The notes under the pieces are model-generated. The model did not search any database, was not told the DNA's origin, and was given only the letters and a program-made list of their open reading frames with translations. Source: Mobula hypostoma (Eukaryota). Taken from it: 64,000 nt of DNA. Every line of letters starts with the position of its first letter. Positions within the stretch are counted from its first letter, which is position 1. Made by a program: the position numbers and the translations under genes. This document shows, in pieces, positions 60,037-64,000 of the stretch. The stretch spans positions 102,488,001 through 102,552,000 of the forward strand of contig NC_086107.1 of assembly GCF_963921235.1 (NCBI RefSeq), given 5' to 3'.

Positions 60037-63000
60037 AGACCATAAGATATAGGAGCAGAATTAGGCCATTTGGCCCATTGAGTCTGCCCTGTCATTTCAT
60101 CATGGCTGATCCATTCCTCTCTCAACCACACTCTTCGGCCTTCTCGCTGTAACCTTTCATGCCCTGACTAATCAAGAATCTGTTAACCTACATCTTAAAT
60201 ACACCCAATGACCTGACCTCCATAGCCACTTCTGGCAAAGAATTCCACAGATTCACCACCCTCTGGCTAAAGAAATTCCTCATTGCCTCTGTTCTAAATG
60301 AACGTCCCTCTATTCTGAGGCTGTGCCCTTTGGTCCAAGACTCCCCCACCCCCATACATCCACTCTATCTAGGACTTTCTGCATTCAATCGGTTTCAATG
60401 AGATCCCACCTCATTTTTCTAAACTCCAGTGAGTAAAGACCCAGAACCATAAATTGTTCCTCATGTGACAAGTCTTTCATTCCCGGAATCATTCTTGTGA
60501 ACCTCCTCTGAACCCACTGTAAAGAGCACATCCTTTCTTAAAACTGCTCACGATACTCCAATGAGGCCTCACTAATGCCTTATAAAGCACCAGCATTACA
60601 TCCTTGCTTTATATTCTAGTGCTCTCAAATTGAATGCTAACATTGCATTCAACTTTCTCACCACCGACTCAACCAGCAAATTAACCTTCAGGGAATCCTG
60701 CACAAGGTCTCCCAAGTCCCTTTGCAACTCGGATTTAGAACTTTCTTTCTGTTTAGAAAATGTTATATGCTTTTATTCCTTCTACCAAAGTGCATGACCA
60801 TAATCTTCCTGTATTCCATCTGTCACTTCTTTGCCTATTTTCCTAATCTGTCTAAATCCTTCCGCAGCCTCCCTGCTCCCAGAACACTATCTCGCCTCCA
60901 CCTTTCCTGGTATCGTCCGTGAACTTGGCCACAAAGTTATTAAATCCATCATCGACATACAATATAAAAAGAGGCAGTCTCAACACAGATCCCTGTGGAA
61001 CACCTCTAGTCACCAGAAGCCATTAGAAAAGGTTCCCTTTATTCCCACTCTTTGCTTCTGTCCAATCAGCCAATGATCTATCCAAGCTAGTCTCTTTCCT
61101 GTAATACCATGGGCTCTTACCTTGTTAAGCAGTCTCATTGGTGGCATCTTGTCAAAGGCCTTCTGAAAATCCACGTACACAACATCCACCAATTCTCCTT
61201 TGTCTATCCCGCTTGTTATTTCCTCAAATAATTCCAACAGATTTGTCAGACAAAATTTCCTCTTAAGAGAACCCTGCTGACTTCAGTCTATTTTATCATG
61301 TGCCTCCAAGAAACTACATCCTTAACAATTGACTCTTACATCTTCCTAACAACTGAGGTCAGGCTCTCTCCCTCTTAAAGGGTGGAATGACATTTGCTAT
61401 CTTCTAGTCCTTCGGAACCATGCCCAAATCTAGTGATTCTTGAAAGATCATTACTAATGCCTCCAAAATCTCTTCAGCCACCTCTTTCAAGATCCTGGGT
61501 TATAGTCCATCTGGTCCAGGTGACTTATCTATCTTCAGACCTTTCAGTTTCCCAAGCACCTTCTTCTTAGTAATAACAAATACACTCACTTCTGCGCGCC
61601 CCCCCCCCAACACCCTTGAACCTCTTACTTCTTTTTTACTCTTTATATATCTAAAAAAAACTTTTTTTATCCTCTTTAATATTATTGGTTAGGTTACCTT
61701 CATATTTCATCTCTTCCCCTTTTATGACTTTACTAGTTGCCTTCTGTTGGTTTTTAAAAGTCTCCCAATCCTATAACTTCCCTCTAATTTTTGCTCTATT
61801 ATATGCCCTCTCTTTAGTTTTTATGCCATCTTTGACTTCTCTTGTTAGCCATAGTTGCCTAATCTTCCCTTTAGAATACTACTACTACTTTGGTATGTAT
61901 CTATCCAGTGCCTTCCGAATTGCTGCCAGAAACTCCAGCCATTGCCATCTTCCTTACTAGTGTTCCCTTCCAATCATTTTTGGCCAGCTCCTCTCTCATG
62001 CTTCTGTTATTCACTTTATGCCACTATAATACTGATAATCTGACTTCAGCTTCTCCCTTTAAAATTGCAGGATGAATTCTATCATGTTATGATCATTGTC
62101 TCCTTAGGGTTCCTTTACCTTAAGCTCCCCAATCAAATCCAGTTCATTACACAACACCCAATTCAAAATAACTGATTCCCTAGTGGACTCAACCACAACC
62201 TGCTCTTAAAAAGCCATCATGGGGCATTCTACAATTTCTCTTTCTTGGGATCCAGCACCAACCTGATTTTCCTCAATCTACCTACATATTGAAATCCCCC
62301 ATGACCATTGTAACATTGTTCTTTTGACATGCTCTTTCTATCTCCATTTGCAATTTGCAGTCCACATCCTGGCAACTGTTCAGAGGCCCAGCAAGGTCAT
62401 TTTACCCTTGTAGTTTCTTAACTCTATCCACAAGGATTCCACATCTTCTGATCCTATGTCACCTCTTTCTAAGGATTTGATATAATTTTTTAACCAACAG
62501 AGCCACACCACCCGCTCGGCATACCTGCCTGTCCTTTCAATACAATCTTAAGCTCCAAACTATTATCTTCTTTCAGCTAAGACTTCGTGATGCCCACAAC
62601 ATCATACCTGCCAATCTCTAACTGCACTACAAGATCATCTCCTTATTCGGTATACTGCATGCATTCAAATTTAACACATTCAGTCCTGTATTCATCCCCC
62701 ATTTTGATTTCGTCTCCCTTTTACACTGCAAGTTATCACACTGCCTGCAATTTTGCCTTATCATCAGCCTGTCCTTTTTGACATTTTCACTACACACTGC
62801 CTTTACTTGTAAACCGACAGCCCTATCCTCAGCCCTATGAATCCCAGTTCCCATCCCCTTGACAGTTAGCTTAGGACTTCTCAAACGGCTCTACCAAGCC
62901 TACCTGAAAGGATATTGGTGCCCCATGGGTTCAGGTGTAACCTATCCCTTTTGTAGAGGTCGTACCTTCCCCCAGAAGAGATCCCAATGATCCAGAAATC

Positions 63001-63900
63001 TGAAACCCTGCCCCCGAACCAGTTTCTCGGCCATGTGTTCATCCACAAATTCATTCTATTCTATACCGGCAATGTGGCACAGGCAGCAATCCAAAGATTG
63101 CTACTTTGGAGGTCCTGCTTTTCAGCTTTCTACCTAGCTCCTTAAATCCTCTCTTCAGGACCTCCTCACTTTTCCCATGCAGTTGTTGCCAATATTTACC
63201 GAGACTTCTGGCTGCTCACCCTCCTCTAGAACGTTGTAGACCCGATCCGAGGCATCCCTGACCCTGGCACCTGGGAGGACACATGCCATCCGGGTGTCTC
63301 GATCGCAACCCACAGAATCTGGTGTCTATCCCTCCAAGTATGGAATCCCCTGTCACTACTGCAGACCAGTACTGCCCCTTTCCCTTCTGAGCCACAGTGC
63401 CAGACTCAGTCGCTGTGGTTCTCCCACCCCCCCACGCCGTAGGTCACCCCCTCAACGGTATCCAAAACGGTACATTATTGAGGGGAACGGACACAAGGGT
63501 ACTCTGTACTGGCCGCCCATTTCTCTTCCCTCTCCTGACAGCCAGCCTCCTACAACTTGGGGCTCACCACCTCCCTGTAGCTCCTGGCTATCACCCCCTC
63601 AGTTTCTGTATAAGCCGAAGGTCATCGAGCTGTAGTTCCAGTTCCTTAACATGTCCTCTGAGACACTGCACCTGGTGCGGGCATGGTCATCCAGGAGGCT
63701 GGAGGTCTCCCACATCTCATGCAAAGACTCACAACACAGCCCCGGAGCCACTCTCACCGCTTTAACTATGCACTTACAGAAAGAGTGGAGAAGAAAGAAG
63801 AAGGAACTCGCCAGATGCTTACCTCGTCCAAGTTTGTTCTCGCCGAAGCCTGATGAGCCAAAGCTTCCCCACTCTAACACTGGTCCACTCACACAATGGC
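60037..63900 (-). mobile_element. Long, internally deleted CR1 LINE with ORF1 and ORF2 remnants
   Basis: Zinc-finger-like MWETSSLLDDHARTRC (~63700), esterase-like LPGARVRDASDRV (~63260), endonuclease start LNVLNLNACSIPNK (~62660), RT VDVVYVDFQKAFDKMP (~61160), CR1 tail near 60040. Confidence 0.88.
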
Positions 63901-64000
63901 CGCTCCCCTTGTCCCTGCCTTACTTTTATTTACTCAAGCTGAAATCCTACGAAAGTTCTTTTTAAAAATTTCTCGCTCCCGGACCCGCTCGAGTCCTCCT

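Overview
Vertebrate genomic DNA, very rich in transposable elements. The repeat content (HE1-like tRNA SINEs, CR1/HER1-type LINEs, Rex1/Babar, RTE, Penelope, Tc1, hAT, Gypsy) points to a cartilaginous fish, probably a ray; that assignment is an inference. Two host genes are supported. The first is a complete 4-coding-exon CHADL (chondroadherin-like) gene on the minus strand (19006-18827, 16296-14617, 9303-9137, 3850-3610; 755 aa). The second is the first coding exon of a divergently oriented secreted LRR gene with chondroadherin-type cysteine spacing (58464-58905, +). The most unusual object is a TSD-flanked Gypsy LTR retroelement (43476-46885, -). Its RT/RNaseH/integrase core is replaced by an intronless fragment of the host splicing-factor gene RBM25, fused in frame to the element's protease. 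Other notable items: several minimal hammerhead-ribozyme motifs in Penelope-like termini (one inside a ~180-bp foldback), a five-level nest of retroelements, a composite element bounded by two inverted Tc1 mini-MITEs, a SINE/RTE pair sharing a 3' tail, and a 920-bp purine tract. All homology calls come from recalled family motifs, not from database searches.
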